NCBI RefSeq assembly: GCF_900129905.1
Contig: NZ_FQXG01000003.1
Coordinates: 512,249 to 576,248, forward strand
Reading direction: 5' to 3'
Source: Ferrimonas marina
GTDB lineage: Bacteria; Pseudomonadota; Gammaproteobacteria; Enterobacterales; Shewanellaceae
DNA length: 64,000 nt
Positions 8,419 through 19,214 of the stretch are shown here, piece after piece. Each line of letters opens with the position of its first letter. Within the stretch, counting starts at the first letter, position 1. The position numbers and the translations under genes were made by a program. The notes beneath the pieces were generated by a model. The model did not search any database. It was not told the origin of the DNA and saw only the letters and a program-made list of their open reading frames with translations.

Positions 8419-11250
8419 ATGATGCGCCCACTTACCGTCAATACCCTGGTGGACATTGCCAAGCACTCAGACAAGGTGCTCAAGTTGGCGCTGTACCTGA
8501 TCGAGTCAAGGTCTGAATTGCTGTGCTCCAAGTTGGCAGCGGTGGATGCCGAGACGGATCCGGTTGAGGCGCTTGAGGCCTTTCATGCCGATCTGGCCAA
8601 AACGGTTTTGTATGCCGAGAAGGCTTACCAGTTGCTGTCCACCATTAATCCCAATCATGACGTTCTGCATATGAAGGGGCCTGAGAAGAACCTGGTCAAT
8701 CTGTTCGGGGATCGCTACGACATAGGTCACCGTGAAATTGACTTCGGTACCTTCAAGCTTGGCCTCTATTGGGACTTTGACCGGGAGATCATCAAAGAGC
8801 AGATCCTGCACAACGTGCTCGGTCTTTCGGGCGCAGACTATGAGCGGCTCTACAAGAACCGCAACAAGATTTGGCAGCTGAACGACAAAGAGCTCTTTAC
8901 TACTGACGACAAGGTGCGTTTTCTCAGTGTCTCCGCTGACTACGAGAAGCACCGTAGTGTCATCGACAAGATCCGCCAAATCGGTACCGAATTCATTGAG
9001 TACCGCACGGCGTTGCCCAGGAAGATGCGAGACAAGATCGACAACGAGGTCACCGGCGAGCGGGCCATGATCGACAGCGTGGTAAAAACTTCCACCTACA
9101 TCTCAAAAGTGGAGGGGCTGGAGCAGGTTTCTGGCAGTCATAAGAAAGAGCCCCAGTTGGTTGCCCGCATCAAACGCCAGATTGATGAGAGCAGCGCCAT
9201 CGAGGCTATCGAGATCGATAAGGACGCCTCTCTGGAGGCCATCGCCAATGCTCTCGACCAGATCCGGGACCTGAAATTCGACCTCCACAAGCAAGTGATC
9301 TTCAAGGTGCGTAAGCTTGGTAACTACAACGCAAACGGCCTTTACAGCTCGAACTACCATATCGTCGCCGTTGACATCAAAAACCCAGGTGCCCTGGTGC
9401 ACGAGTTCATCCATGCTGTGGATCTTAACCGTGAGGGTTACAGCTGGGACCCTCAGCGGCAGAACGTTGTCGGCACCCTAGTGGCTGAAATGGATGAGGA
9501 GGCGCTACGGGAGGTTTGCGGCAACAAGCGAGCTGCCTATTACCTCAACCCCAAAGAGGTGATCGCCCGGGCCGGCGAGATCGCCTATCTGCTGCAGAAA
9601 TTTGACTACCAGCAGGGGGAGTCGATGGAGCAGTTTGCTGGGCGAGTCCGTAAGGCCGAGCAAGAGCGTGATTGTCCGTATGACATCGTGCCGGTAAAGC
9701 CCATCGACACCTACCTGAATAACCCGCACATCTACTTCAACCTGTCGGAGATCCCACTGTCTAAGCTCTCGCTGGTCAAAGGTTACTATGAGAGCTTTAT
9801 GGGCGTGGATGGCGTCGAGCCCAGGCGCAACACCACCCTACAGGTGCACTCGGAAGGCCAAACCGTTATCGGTGAGAAGCCCGCCAAAGCAAAGTATCAG
9901 TTGCGCTCAGTTTCGCTGTTCTCGCCGGATTCATTGGGCGAAGCGCTGCGGTACAACCAACGGCATGGCGTGATGGACCAGGGTGACTTTGTTGAAGCGG
10001 TAATTAAGCAGAAGACCCATGTTGGCCGAACCACGCAGCGACTTACGGATGAGGTCTGGTGGTCTCAAATGAAGGCCCTGCACCAAATGTGCGAATTTAT
10101 TAGGGAGGTTGACGATCCCTACTTGAACTACCGGTTCCTGAAGGCCTATTTGGTCAATTGTCCCAGGATTGATGTGCGGCCCACAGAACAACTAGACAAC
10201 TACTTGTCTCCTGATGAGTCCGCAAAAGGGCAGATTGATTATGATCGTAACGACATTTTGATGGCTATGTTGCGCGAGCCCATTGCCTTGAACATCGAGG
10301 ATTTTAATAAGCAATATCAGGGCGAAATTGATCGACTGAAGTCGGAGTTGGTAGAGGCAGAACGTAAGTCAGACCTGATTGACTATCGTAATAGCCCTGG
10401 AGAGTACCAGAAGCAACGCGGTGAAGTTTGGGAGCTTAAAAAGGATCTCAAATCAGCAGAGCTCAAGCCCGGGATGGCCTTAAGGAACGAGATGAATAAG
10501 GCCGTACCTGAACTGCAACAGCGATACTTGTACATGCGGGCCGAGAACTTCTTGGAGACTAAGTCCAAGAAAGTGGGTCGCCGCAGAAGTTACTCCACCA
10601 GCATACTCAACCGGGCTGCCACGGTTCGGATGAACAAGGAGATGAACAGGTTATGTAGGGACATTCTGCGAGGAGCAAAGGTAGAGGAGATGCTAGGCTA
10701 CCTGGAAAAGGAGGATCTTCTTTGTGTCCAGCTACTCCAGGACAATTCTATTCGGGCGCAGTTGCCGCCAGGTGATGAGGAGCGAAAACAGTTCGACCTG
10801 TGGCTAACCGCGGCAATGTTGGAAAACGGTTTTATTGATGGTGTGCTGGATAATCTGGACAGTCACATCATTCGAGGACCTGAGCCTGACGATCAATATC
10901 ATTGCCTACATCTTATCCCTGAGTCTGTTTGTGAGAAAACGCAAGACCTGCTGATGATGGCGTGGAACGGCGGGGCAGATGAGCGTGCCGTGTATAGACA
11001 GATCCTGGTAGAACAAACACCGTCAGTCCATCATTTCCGGCAAAAGGCGCTTGAGCGCAAACAGGCCGAGGCCCGGGCAGCCCTGGGGCCGGTGGTCACT
11101 ATAGAGGCCAAGGCAGAGGCGGCAGAGCTCACCGAAGCTACAGCGGGTGCACCAGAGCCGGCCAGCCGAAAGCCTGAGCCGGAACCGGAGCATGTGCGAG
11201 TTGCAGACAAGCGGCCTCTCAAAAAGGACGACCAGCTGGACCTGTTCTAG
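8419..11250 (+). CDS. large hypothetical protein (943 aa) with HExxH zincin-like motif (HEFIH) and coiled-coil-rich C-terminal half
   Basis: Long intact ORF; ALVHEFIHAVD followed by E-rich helix (EVIARAGEIAYLL) reminiscent of gluzincin / ImmA-IrrE-like peptidases; charged Glu/Lys-rich C-terminal half with Pro/Glu tail. Confidence 0.55.
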   Translation: MMRPLTVNTLVDIAKHSDKVLKLALYLIESRSELLCSKLAAVDAETDPVEALEAFHADLAKTVLYAEKAYQLLSTINPNHDVLHMKGPEKNLVNLFGDRYDIGHREIDFGTFKLGLYWDFDREIIKEQILHNVLGLSGADYERLYKNRNKIWQLNDKELFTTDDKVRFLSVSADYEKHRSVIDKIRQIGTEFIEYRTALPRKMRDKIDNEVTGERAMIDSVVKTSTYISKVEGLEQVSGSHKKEPQLVARIKRQIDESSAIEAIEIDKDASLEAIANALDQIRDLKFDLHKQVIFKVRKLGNYNANGLYSSNYHIVAVDIKNPGALVHEFIHAVDLNREGYSWDPQRQNVVGTLVAEMDEEALREVCGNKRAAYYLNPKEVIARAGEIAYLLQKFDYQQGESMEQFAGRVRKAEQERDCPYDIVPVKPIDTYLNNPHIYFNLSEIPLSKLSLVKGYYESFMGVDGVEPRRNTTLQVHSEGQTVIGEKPAKAKYQLRSVSLFSPDSLGEALRYNQRHGVMDQGDFVEAVIKQKTHVGRTTQRLTDEVWWSQMKALHQMCEFIREVDDPYLNYRFLKAYLVNCPRIDVRPTEQLDNYLSPDESAKGQIDYDRNDILMAMLREPIALNIEDFNKQYQGEIDRLKSELVEAERKSDLIDYRNSPGEYQKQRGEVWELKKDLKSAELKPGMALRNEMNKAVPELQQRYLYMRAENFLETKSKKVGRRRSYSTSILNRAATVRMNKEMNRLCRDILRGAKVEEMLGYLEKEDLLCVQLLQDNSIRAQLPPGDEERKQFDLWLTAAMLENGFIDGVLDNLDSHIIRGPEPDDQYHCLHLIPESVCEKTQDLLMMAWNGGADERAVYRQILVEQTPSVHHFRQKALERKQAEARAALGPVVTIEAKAEAAELTEATAGAPEPASRKPEPEPEHVRVADKRPLKKDDQLDLF

Positions 11251-11321
11251 CCGGGTTAGGCTGTGAGCCCCTGGGAACAAATGCGGGCCGTACCATGTTG
11301 AGCATGGTGCGGCCCGATTCG

Positions 11322-12338
11322 TTATTGATTCTGCTCGTTGAGCCAGGCTTCAAGGCGCAGTCTTTCCTGGATCTCCTTGCTTGATGCTACTGAGACTGTA
11401 CCGGATAAGGACATGAGATAGCGGATGTGCGGGATATCAGCTGACGTTGGATTTACGTACTTCCCACAATCTGAGTAGTTATCGCAGGGATACCATCCGC
11501 CCGTCACGCCGTTAAGGCCAACAACGCTTTGAGCTACCCCAGTTCCGCCGCCGGTGTACAGCTTTCTTCCGTCGTGGAGAGAGGTAAACTCCAGTCTCAA
11601 GACATTGCCGTTGGGGTCTTCGGAAAGGCCGAATTCGATCACCCGGTTATCCAGCACCAGGTCATTGCTGTTCCCGGGGTATCCATAGAGATCGAGTTGC
11701 TCCCGAACTGAGGCGGGGTACCATTGGCCGTGGGCAGTGCCGGTGTGAATCGCCTTAACCAGGTTAGAGGCGCTGGCCGGCAACTCAATCTGGTGGGTGC
11801 CGGCATCCGTTTCATTCTCACCAACGAACAGTGTTGCTGACAGGGTTCTGTCATCAAAAGCGTTAGCTAAGTCTTCCGACAGAGCCAGCTCGATGTTGTT
11901 CTCCCGGATCCTGGCGGGCCCGAATTCTGTCTCCAGTCTGCAGGCGGCGACAGCGTACTGGCACTCCCAGGCATTCCAAAGCTCAGCAGCTTCAGTGGCA
12001 AGTACCGTCACTGTGGTTTCGCCGAATTGGTTGGCACTCCAGCCAACGTGGTAAAGAGTCGGCGGGCCCAGTGGTTCAGCATAGGCTGACACCGAACCGG
12101 TGGATTGCTTGATATCACCCGATGTGTAGGCGGAGAGCCGATGGGTCTCATTATCCAGAGTCAGGCCTTTCGCAGTTTGCTCGGCAGCATCACAGAGGGC
12201 CTGCAGGCGATCGTCCTCGATATAGCATTCGGATTCTACTGGGACAGTGGGAGTTTTCTCGGGATCATCGCTGCTACTTCCGCAGCCATAACTGCTAACG
12301 GTGGCGATCCCTATTACTGCCAGCTTTAAACTTCTCAT
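11322..12338 (-). CDS. secreted lipoprotein (about 338 aa)
   Basis: Signal peptide MRSLKLAVIGIATVSSYGC with lipobox Cys; remainder unrecognised. Confidence 0.55.
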   Translation of the reverse strand: MRSLKLAVIGIATVSSYGCGSSSDDPEKTPTVPVESECYIEDDRLQALCDAAEQTAKGLTLDNETHRLSAYTSGDIKQSTGSVSAYAEPLGPPTLYHVGWSANQFGETTVTVLATEAAELWNAWECQYAVAACRLETEFGPARIRENNIELALSEDLANAFDDRTLSATLFVGENETDAGTHQIELPASASNLVKAIHTGTAHGQWYPASVREQLDLYGYPGNSNDLVLDNRVIEFGLSEDPNGNVLRLEFTSLHDGRKLYTGGGTGVAQSVVGLNGVTGGWYPCDNYSDCGKYVNPTSADIPHIRYLMSLSGTVSVASSKEIQERLRLEAWLNEQNQ

Positions 12339-12691
12339 TGTTCGTCCTATCACTGCTGAATTACCACATGCATTTTCACTAAGCAGTCCTGGACTGGAAT
12401 GTCACTTTGCGACAAAAAATATACACCTTACGTTTTGTCTCATCAGTAAAATCACCCAAATTAAACTGGAGTCACAATACTGGTGGTCAAAATATCTAAA
12501 CCAACATTCAGTAGTTATAATTTACTGAACTAAGCGACAAACCATTAAAGACCTAAATGACTGTTTTTGCTAGCATCACTTGAAAAATAAGAAATCCTTC
12601 TCTTGCAAATCAACTTTAATTTGATGTTCGCTTGACGAAAAACAAAATGATGGGCTAAATTGTAATCAGGCAATCAAATGGAGGCTGGCAC

Positions 12692-13150
12692 ATGAAGTGC
12701 ACAGACAATATAAGGGAAAGTATTGGCGCAATCATTCACGGCGAAGGTGATGAATCTGATATGCGAAAAGCAATCATTTTTTCGGATTCAGGCAAGGACG
12801 TTAATAACGTATCGGAAGTCGAGATTCCGCCCTTTGTGATTGCATTAGCAGACAGCCTAAGCAAGCATCTTCTTGCTGTCTATTACTTCGGCGCCGATCG
12901 TTTCAGGAGTTGGTCAATTGCCGAGGAAGTTGAGATTGCAATGATCAGGGGTTGCATGGAGGAGGCTGTCGGCATGTTCGTGAGATGGCTCGCTAGCCTT
13001 GTCAGTCAGATGAAAGACATGGTGGCGGATGCCTTGCTGGATCTGGAAGGCTCGAGGCTCCTGGTCGTCGGTCCCTCACGCCGTAACCGAAAGTTGAAGG
13101 TCAAGGACTACTCGATGCTGGATTCAGACCTGGCCTTGATCAGGGTTTAG
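12692..13150 (+). CDS. hypothetical protein (152 aa), low-GC gene
   Basis: ORF preceded by a 340-bp AT-rich intergenic region; no domain recognised. Confidence 0.4.
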   Translation: MKCTDNIRESIGAIIHGEGDESDMRKAIIFSDSGKDVNNVSEVEIPPFVIALADSLSKHLLAVYYFGADRFRSWSIAEEVEIAMIRGCMEEAVGMFVRWLASLVSQMKDMVADALLDLEGSRLLVVGPSRRNRKLKVKDYSMLDSDLALIRV

Positions 13151-13400
13151 TTGGCAGTTGGTGGGTGCGACCCCGGCTTAGATACCGTACCGTCCCTTTA
13201 GCAATTGGTCTCCCTGCGATACCCGGCTGTCTATCGGGCCTATCAGTGGCGGTAGGGTACTTTCGGTTCACACCTGGGGATACGGTGTAGAAGATGGTTG
13301 GGGTGTCACTGGGAGGTGTAGGCAAACGGCACCTAAATAGGTGCCGTTTTCGTATTTGAGTTGGTCTGATTCGGTGCAGCCTAGGTGGACCGAGGTCGCC

Positions 13401-14747
13401 TTATTCGTCGTGTTTGTGCTTATCGTGCTGCATATCGGGCCGCCCCTCGAATTGTTCGAGTGGCTGGGCGTGATTGTCGTTGCCGCTGGAATTAACCAGC
13501 TTATCCAGTGAGCGTTGGATTTGGGTCTTGCGGCCGGAATCGTTGCCAACTAAGTTGTTGATGGCGGCCTTGAGGCTCACTTCGAGCCTTGCCTGTCCTA
13601 AAGTGGTGTCGTCACTAAGAGGGGTTCCGGCGTTGATGAGATTGACGAGGTTGCCCAGAGCCTCTCCTTGGTTGTAAGCGGTGGTCATCTTCACAACGTT
13701 AAGTTCCGTCCACCTCTTGAGTTCTGTTTTGCTCTCGTTACTGCTAAGCGCCTCTTTAGCTGCAGCCTGGGCAGCGTGCCGGGCTAATTTGTCTGAGCGG
13801 TCGACTACTTGAGTCAAGACAGCATCGAACTGGCTGCTCAACTCACCCCAATGGCAGTGCAGGCCGATTCTTTCATTGGCTTGCTTAATGGCCCAGTTGA
13901 TACGGCTCTGGCGGGTCCAGGTGCGTCGGCTCGTCAGGGAGTCTTGCGCTAGCTCGGGATAGTCCTCAGCGGTTTCAGGCTCGGCATTGGTAAGCTCGTG
14001 GATCGCTGCATCTAGGAAGTAACCAACGACATCACTCTGGAGCAGGGCCTCGGTATTTGCATCTAGCCAGCGCCGATGCTGCTCGTCTTTAGTGGTCCAC
14101 TTCTCTTTAACTGCGAGATATAGCTCGTCATGGTCCTGGTTGCCGATGCCAGTGATGTGCTGGCTCAGTGCGTTTGAGACAATCCGCATCGCCAGATGAT
14201 CCAGCCCACCGTTCCAGTCCGAGGCATCAGGAGTGATAGTGCAGGGCAGGTACCAATTCTTGTAGGACAGACTCGCCAGGCTGAACTGGTAAAGCCCAGC
14301 TTTAGGTTCTCCGTTGTCAGTAAGACTGCGCACAGCTATCAGACGGGGCTGCGAGAGGCCTTCCTTTTTGGCCAGTAGGTAGAGGGCATGGAGGTGAGGT
14401 TCCAGCTCAAGCAATACACCGCCCAGGGCCATGCCGAAATACTGGGCATACCAGTGCGGTGCAGCATCAATGTCAAGTCCCAGCTTGATGGTGGCGCGTA
14501 CAATGTTCGGCGTGAGACTGTGGCGCTTGATGCCCTCGACCGAGGTGGTGTGCCATTGCACAATCAGGTGGGTGTTCTTGCTGGCGTATCTAGCCTGATC
14601 GAACGTCATGCCAAACAAGCTGAGGCAGAGGAAATCGCGGCGCAGGCGCAGTTTCAGGGCTTTGAGGTGCGGCTGGGTTTCGGCAGCACGATCGGCGCTG
14701 TGGATCAGCCTCATAAAGGCATCGGAGGAGAGTACGATCATTGTCAT
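13401..14747 (-). CDS. hypothetical protein (about 448 aa)
   Basis: Long ORF 13401..14798; ATG at 14747 (MTMIVLS) preferred over upstream TTG; no recognisable domain. Confidence 0.5.
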   Translation of the reverse strand: MTMIVLSSDAFMRLIHSADRAAETQPHLKALKLRLRRDFLCLSLFGMTFDQARYASKNTHLIVQWHTTSVEGIKRHSLTPNIVRATIKLGLDIDAAPHWYAQYFGMALGGVLLELEPHLHALYLLAKKEGLSQPRLIAVRSLTDNGEPKAGLYQFSLASLSYKNWYLPCTITPDASDWNGGLDHLAMRIVSNALSQHITGIGNQDHDELYLAVKEKWTTKDEQHRRWLDANTEALLQSDVVGYFLDAAIHELTNAEPETAEDYPELAQDSLTSRRTWTRQSRINWAIKQANERIGLHCHWGELSSQFDAVLTQVVDRSDKLARHAAQAAAKEALSSNESKTELKRWTELNVVKMTTAYNQGEALGNLVNLINAGTPLSDDTTLGQARLEVSLKAAINNLVGNDSGRKTQIQRSLDKLVNSSGNDNHAQPLEQFEGRPDMQHDKHKHDE

Positions 14748-15049
14748 GTCTTCCAGGCGTGTCTTTCGGGGTGACGTATTTCGGAAAGTGCCTTTCAACG
14801 AATGAAGTACTGGTTTGTCAGGAGGAGCACCCAGGATTTGGTATCGTCACCAACCGCGGCCGGGCAAGCCGTTTCGCGGATAATATGCGATGAGGGACAT
14901 AGAGTAAAGAGTTGGCCATGTGATAGTGGGGTTTTGGCCATCCGGAGGATTCCAGGTTGCTTGAGGGCCACGCGGTCCATCAAGGTAGGGTAAATGCAGT
15001 CTGGGGAGCGACCTGATCGCTCCCCAGTTAGATCTTGCAGGAGGGGGGG

Positions 15050-17017
15050 CTAACCACCCCAGAGGTGTTTCATAAATTCCTGGTCAACGTAGGCGTCACG
15101 TTCCGCTTTTTCATGCTCGTAGCGGTCCAGGGTGTAGTGATAGTCGTAGGTTTTAGCCAGGCTTCCATCCGGGTAGAGCAGTTCCACCGTGATGGGCGTG
15201 TCATCACTTAGGTGTGGCAATTGGAACTCCAGATCGCAACTGCCTGGCGCCACGTAGTTCTTAGCCCCGGTGAGCATCATCTTGGCCACCTGCTCGTTGT
15301 AGCAGGCGCCAAGGGTGAAGGCGTGATTCTCAACCCGGGTATCGCCGGCCGTGATGTTGACCAGGTAGTAACGTACGTCCGCCAGCATGCGGTCCTGGCC
15401 CCGCTCCTTCATCCGTTGGTAGGTCTGCAGCAGTTTCTGTTGGCTGCTGCTATTAGGGAGTTGGGAGATGTCCGTGCCGCTGACTGCATCGAAGAGCGCT
15501 TGGTCGTGTAGGGTGATCTTCATGACCCTGAGCATCTCCTTGCTGGAAATCTGCTCTGTACGGAAGGCGTCGCCGGCGCTGTTGTGGAAACTGAGCGTGA
15601 CTTCAGACGGTGTGGGGCCATCCCAGTCGAACTGGCCTGTAAGCGAGCTCGGACCTGGGCCGGCCGGCATGTAGCCCGAACCATCGCCTTCGTGAATGGT
15701 GACGCCATCTACATCGATGCTCAGGTCCAGTCGGTATGCGGTTTTGCCCTGAAAGTCCTTCGAGGCGCCGTGCTGAATGAGCTCATTACCCGTCACTTCG
15801 GTGTACACGGTGATTGAGCCCCGGTCGTTGTCATATTCGAAATAGGAATACTCAGGTGTGTTTCCAGACAGGGGGTGTACAGTGACCTCCTGTCTGGGCG
15901 GTGACAGCTTGTCAGGCTGTTCCTTAGGTTGTGTCATTTCGGACAAGGTGTGGCCGGTATTACCCAGCCCATGGGTTGAAGTGCCCGGGGCGGCAATGGA
16001 AAGGGTGGTGGTTAGGTGAGCTTCTTCTGTTCGAGGCAGTCGGGTATCGCTGGCACTTTCAGCCAGGCGCGATGCTGTGAAAGCCTTTTGATGTTTGTGG
16101 GAGGCCTTCATACGCTCCAGTGCTGTGGCCCTTGCAAGCCGCTCTTCAGTAAACCGGTCTTTGTTGTATCGGTACAGGAAGCTCCGTTTAAAGATGCCGT
16201 TGGGGGCTTGCAGGTTTATCCAAATGATCGAGTCTTCTGGAACTGGGGGCAGCGGGAATCGAATCTCACACATGCCCGGGGCGATCACCGTTGCGGCGAA
16301 CAAAACATCGGTGCTGGTCAGTGCATCGCCGTAGCAGTTGGATTCAATGGTCACCTGATCCCAAAACAGCGTGTCGCCCACTTTGATATCCGCTCGGAAG
16401 TGCTTGATAGGTGGATCATCTGGCCGGGGGCCGCTCTTTTGGTATGCCGACTGAATGTTCACCAGCCATTCCTTCATCAAGCCATCGGCCAGATCCTCGG
16501 CTTCAAAGTCCTGGATGGGGACTGAGTGCTCAAGGGCTTTGAATGTGGCCTTGTCGTTCAGCTTAATCAGCGCCATATGCTGTGGGGGTAAGGTGCCGAG
16601 TGTCTCGGTTCGTAAGACACTTTCGTCCCTACCGATTATCTTGGCGGTTACCTGCTCAAGGGCGCTACCAGGCCATGAGTAGGTGTAGGTGAGCAGGGCA
16701 TGATTGTCGTTCCTAGTTGCATTTTTGCTATAGGCGCTCGGGAGGTTCTTGCCAGCCGCAGTGACGTTGATTTCGAGCCAACGGGAGCCGTTAGCGGGTT
16801 CAGGCTCTTTACTGTGTTGTTCAATCTCCTCATTCGTCACGGTGAGATGGATGGACAGCTCCTTCTTTACCGGATCCACCAGAAAGTAGTTGTGGCCTGG
16901 GTGTTGGTAATAGACTTCATGCAGTTCGAATGTATCGGCTGCGGCGCTGAGTGGCATGGCTAAGAGAGCCGACCACAACGTTACGCCGGTGAGAAAATGA
17001 AACACTGGGCTCTTCAT
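15050..17017 (-). CDS. secreted hypothetical protein (655 aa)
   Basis: N-terminal signal peptide MKSPVFHFLTGVTLWSALLAMPLSAAADT; no recognisable domain. Confidence 0.55.
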   Translation of the reverse strand: MKSPVFHFLTGVTLWSALLAMPLSAAADTFELHEVYYQHPGHNYFLVDPVKKELSIHLTVTNEEIEQHSKEPEPANGSRWLEINVTAAGKNLPSAYSKNATRNDNHALLTYTYSWPGSALEQVTAKIIGRDESVLRTETLGTLPPQHMALIKLNDKATFKALEHSVPIQDFEAEDLADGLMKEWLVNIQSAYQKSGPRPDDPPIKHFRADIKVGDTLFWDQVTIESNCYGDALTSTDVLFAATVIAPGMCEIRFPLPPVPEDSIIWINLQAPNGIFKRSFLYRYNKDRFTEERLARATALERMKASHKHQKAFTASRLAESASDTRLPRTEEAHLTTTLSIAAPGTSTHGLGNTGHTLSEMTQPKEQPDKLSPPRQEVTVHPLSGNTPEYSYFEYDNDRGSITVYTEVTGNELIQHGASKDFQGKTAYRLDLSIDVDGVTIHEGDGSGYMPAGPGPSSLTGQFDWDGPTPSEVTLSFHNSAGDAFRTEQISSKEMLRVMKITLHDQALFDAVSGTDISQLPNSSSQQKLLQTYQRMKERGQDRMLADVRYYLVNITAGDTRVENHAFTLGACYNEQVAKMMLTGAKNYVAPGSCDLEFQLPHLSDDTPITVELLYPDGSLAKTYDYHYTLDRYEHEKAERDAYVDQEFMKHLWGG

Positions 17018-17076
17018 AAAACGGGAGTCCTTTACGACAAGACGGCGCCCTGGGGCGCCGTGTTAGCACGGAAGGG

Positions 17077-17802
17077 TTAGGACAGTTCTAAAGCCAGCGA
17101 GGCTTGCTGTTCTTTCGTAGGAGCAGGAGCGCCGCGATGGAAGATTCGAAGGGCCTCCGAGTAGAGTTTGGGCTCCTTGTCACGGATGACATCCAGGGCA
17201 TCTTTGATGGCCAGTAGGGTTTGGTACATTGAGGCGAGTGATTCTTCCCCGTCATATCCGGTAACCTTGCCAGCGGCATCTTTCCGGAAATGGTTGTCCT
17301 TCTTCGAGATCTCAAACACCAGATCCTGGGGGTCAAGCGGGCCTTTGCCTTGAGAATTATTACCGCGCGCAACGGTGATGCGATCGAAGGACCCGTCGGC
17401 ATTATCGGGATCGTCTGAATGATTCAGGCCTTTGTTGTTGATGCCAACGATGCTCACGCCTTTGTTTTTTACATCCTCAAAGTTCAGGCCTTCAGGACCA
17501 CGGCGAGCCATATTAACTTGCATGGCCACCTCTGCCAGAAATTGCCCATGTCCTTCTGCGTGCATTGACTTCCAAAATTGACGGCCAGCTTGATAAAGTT
17601 CAAACAGTTGGGCAACGCCTGCGGCACCGGTAGTGTGTGAGGGTTTGCTATTTGTCTTCAGGGAAAATTTCCAACTCGCTGGGTTGGTCGGTGCGGCTGA
17701 GTCTTTATTGTCATTGAGGCCGAATTCGGACAGGTCACCGGTATAAATCTTGATCCCAATGTCGCTGTTGGTGGGATAGAAAGTAGACTGAGTCATCGCC
17801 AA
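17077..17802 (-). CDS. hypothetical protein (241 aa)
   Basis: Intact ORF, no recognisable domain. Confidence 0.45.
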   Translation of the reverse strand: MAMTQSTFYPTNSDIGIKIYTGDLSEFGLNDNKDSAAPTNPASWKFSLKTNSKPSHTTGAAGVAQLFELYQAGRQFWKSMHAEGHGQFLAEVAMQVNMARRGPEGLNFEDVKNKGVSIVGINNKGLNHSDDPDNADGSFDRITVARGNNSQGKGPLDPQDLVFEISKKDNHFRKDAAGKVTGYDGEESLASMYQTLLAIKDALDVIRDKEPKLYSEALRIFHRGAPAPTKEQQASLALELS

Positions 17803-17949
17803 TGTTCTCTTGGGTTTTCTTCTATTTTACCCTTGGCGAAAATCCGACATGCGAAACCCAGCTTGGTGAGTTATTTCTTAAGCCTTGGGGCTGGGTTTGA
17901 GTCAAGAGGTGGCAGGGGGTATGATTGCGGCGTTAATCAGTGAGGCTTC

Positions 17950-18576
17950 ATGAAATCAGAGCACAACAAAGAGGTTCGGTCTGTTGCCCTGGACCGTAAG
18001 ACACGGCGCAGCGTAACCCGCAAACTGGAGAAGTTGCAGGATGACCTGTTTGGTTCAGTTGGGAAAAGTGTCGATCCCAAGCCATTGCTAAGCCGGCTTT
18101 ACCGCATCGTCGACGACTACAACGCGGCGATTCCCAGGGAGCAGTTGAAGATCACCTGCCGTCGCGGCTGTAACCATTGTTGCTATATCCCAGTGGAAGT
18201 CTGCTTGATCGAGGCTGCGGTGATCGCCGAGAGCTGTGGTCATCAGCAGCTGCCGCTGGCAGATCGCACAATTCCGGTGATTCAGGAGCGAACACCATGT
18301 CCTTTCTTAAAAGACGGTGAGTGTTCTGTCTACGAGGTGCGTCCACTCGCGTGCCGGATGAAGTTGTCTGGAGATGACCCGGCTATGTGCGAGCCCTTTG
18401 AGGGAAGCCACCAGTTGGTGGCTGCACAGCCGGCCTTCCTCCACCTGTACAGTGCCTTCGTGGATCTCAGTCACCAGTACGTTAACCAGGTCTACGGGCA
18501 AGTGTCAGGCGAGGACATGTTCGGAGTAGGGCGCCACGCCGGCGACATTCGTCAGTTCTTCCCGACCCAGCGTTGA
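17950..18576 (+). CDS. cysteine-cluster protein, YkgJ/UPF0153-like putative Zn/Fe-chelating domain
   Basis: CRRGCNHCC cluster plus further conserved Cys (CPF, CSVYEVRPLACR) typical of the CxxCxxCC family. Confidence 0.5.
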   Translation: MKSEHNKEVRSVALDRKTRRSVTRKLEKLQDDLFGSVGKSVDPKPLLSRLYRIVDDYNAAIPREQLKITCRRGCNHCCYIPVEVCLIEAAVIAESCGHQQLPLADRTIPVIQERTPCPFLKDGECSVYEVRPLACRMKLSGDDPAMCEPFEGSHQLVAAQPAFLHLYSAFVDLSHQYVNQVYGQVSGEDMFGVGRHAGDIRQFFPTQR

Positions 18577-18627
18577 GCGGTACAGTTAGTAAGCCTGAAG
18601 GCCTAGCGCCTGTCTTCAGTTTTTGAT

Positions 18628-18990
18628 TTAGCGGACTAGCCAGTAGGCTGCCAGCCCGGCCAGCAGACAGGCATTACCTAGCCCCCAGTACATAGCGAAA
18701 AAGCGATCTTGTTGTGTGGTGGCGTGGCCGTTGAACTTTGACCCGATCTCTGTTGGAAGCCGGTAGTGGTATCTGCAAAAGATCCACCAGGCTAGGGCGA
18801 GCGGAAGGCCATATAACAGCATCTCGATAGCGAATGTGGCCAAGGCAGAGGCGATGGGTTGCGCTTGCGAGAATGCGGGCTCTGCCTTTTCGGGGGCAGT
18901 ATGTGCCGCTTTCATGTCCCCCCACAGGCCCATAGCCAGTCCAACTAGCCCCATAGCCGTAAGCGGGGCTCTTCTTCGTACCTTGTTCAT
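18628..18990 (-). CDS. small membrane protein (120 aa)
   Basis: Three hydrophobic helices; overlapping ORF 18674..18994 in another frame judged less likely. Confidence 0.35.
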   Translation of the reverse strand: MNKVRRRAPLTAMGLVGLAMGLWGDMKAAHTAPEKAEPAFSQAQPIASALATFAIEMLLYGLPLALAWWIFCRYHYRLPTEIGSKFNGHATTQQDRFFAMYWGLGNACLLAGLAAYWLVR

Positions 18991-19214
18991 TCAACGTCCT
19001 GTTTTACTTGCGATCTACCAAGTCAACGGGGCTAGGTTACTCTCACTACACGAAACAGGCTAGTGTTTGCGGGCCGGGTCGTTAAAGGCGGTCATTGGGT
19101 TCCGGCCGGGCAACCATTCACTCCAAAAAGTGGCGCCTGGTTCCCGGGCGATAACAAGATCTATGAAGGGCAGCCTTAAGACTTTGCGATGAAGCGACCC
19201 TGAGGGAGGACCTT

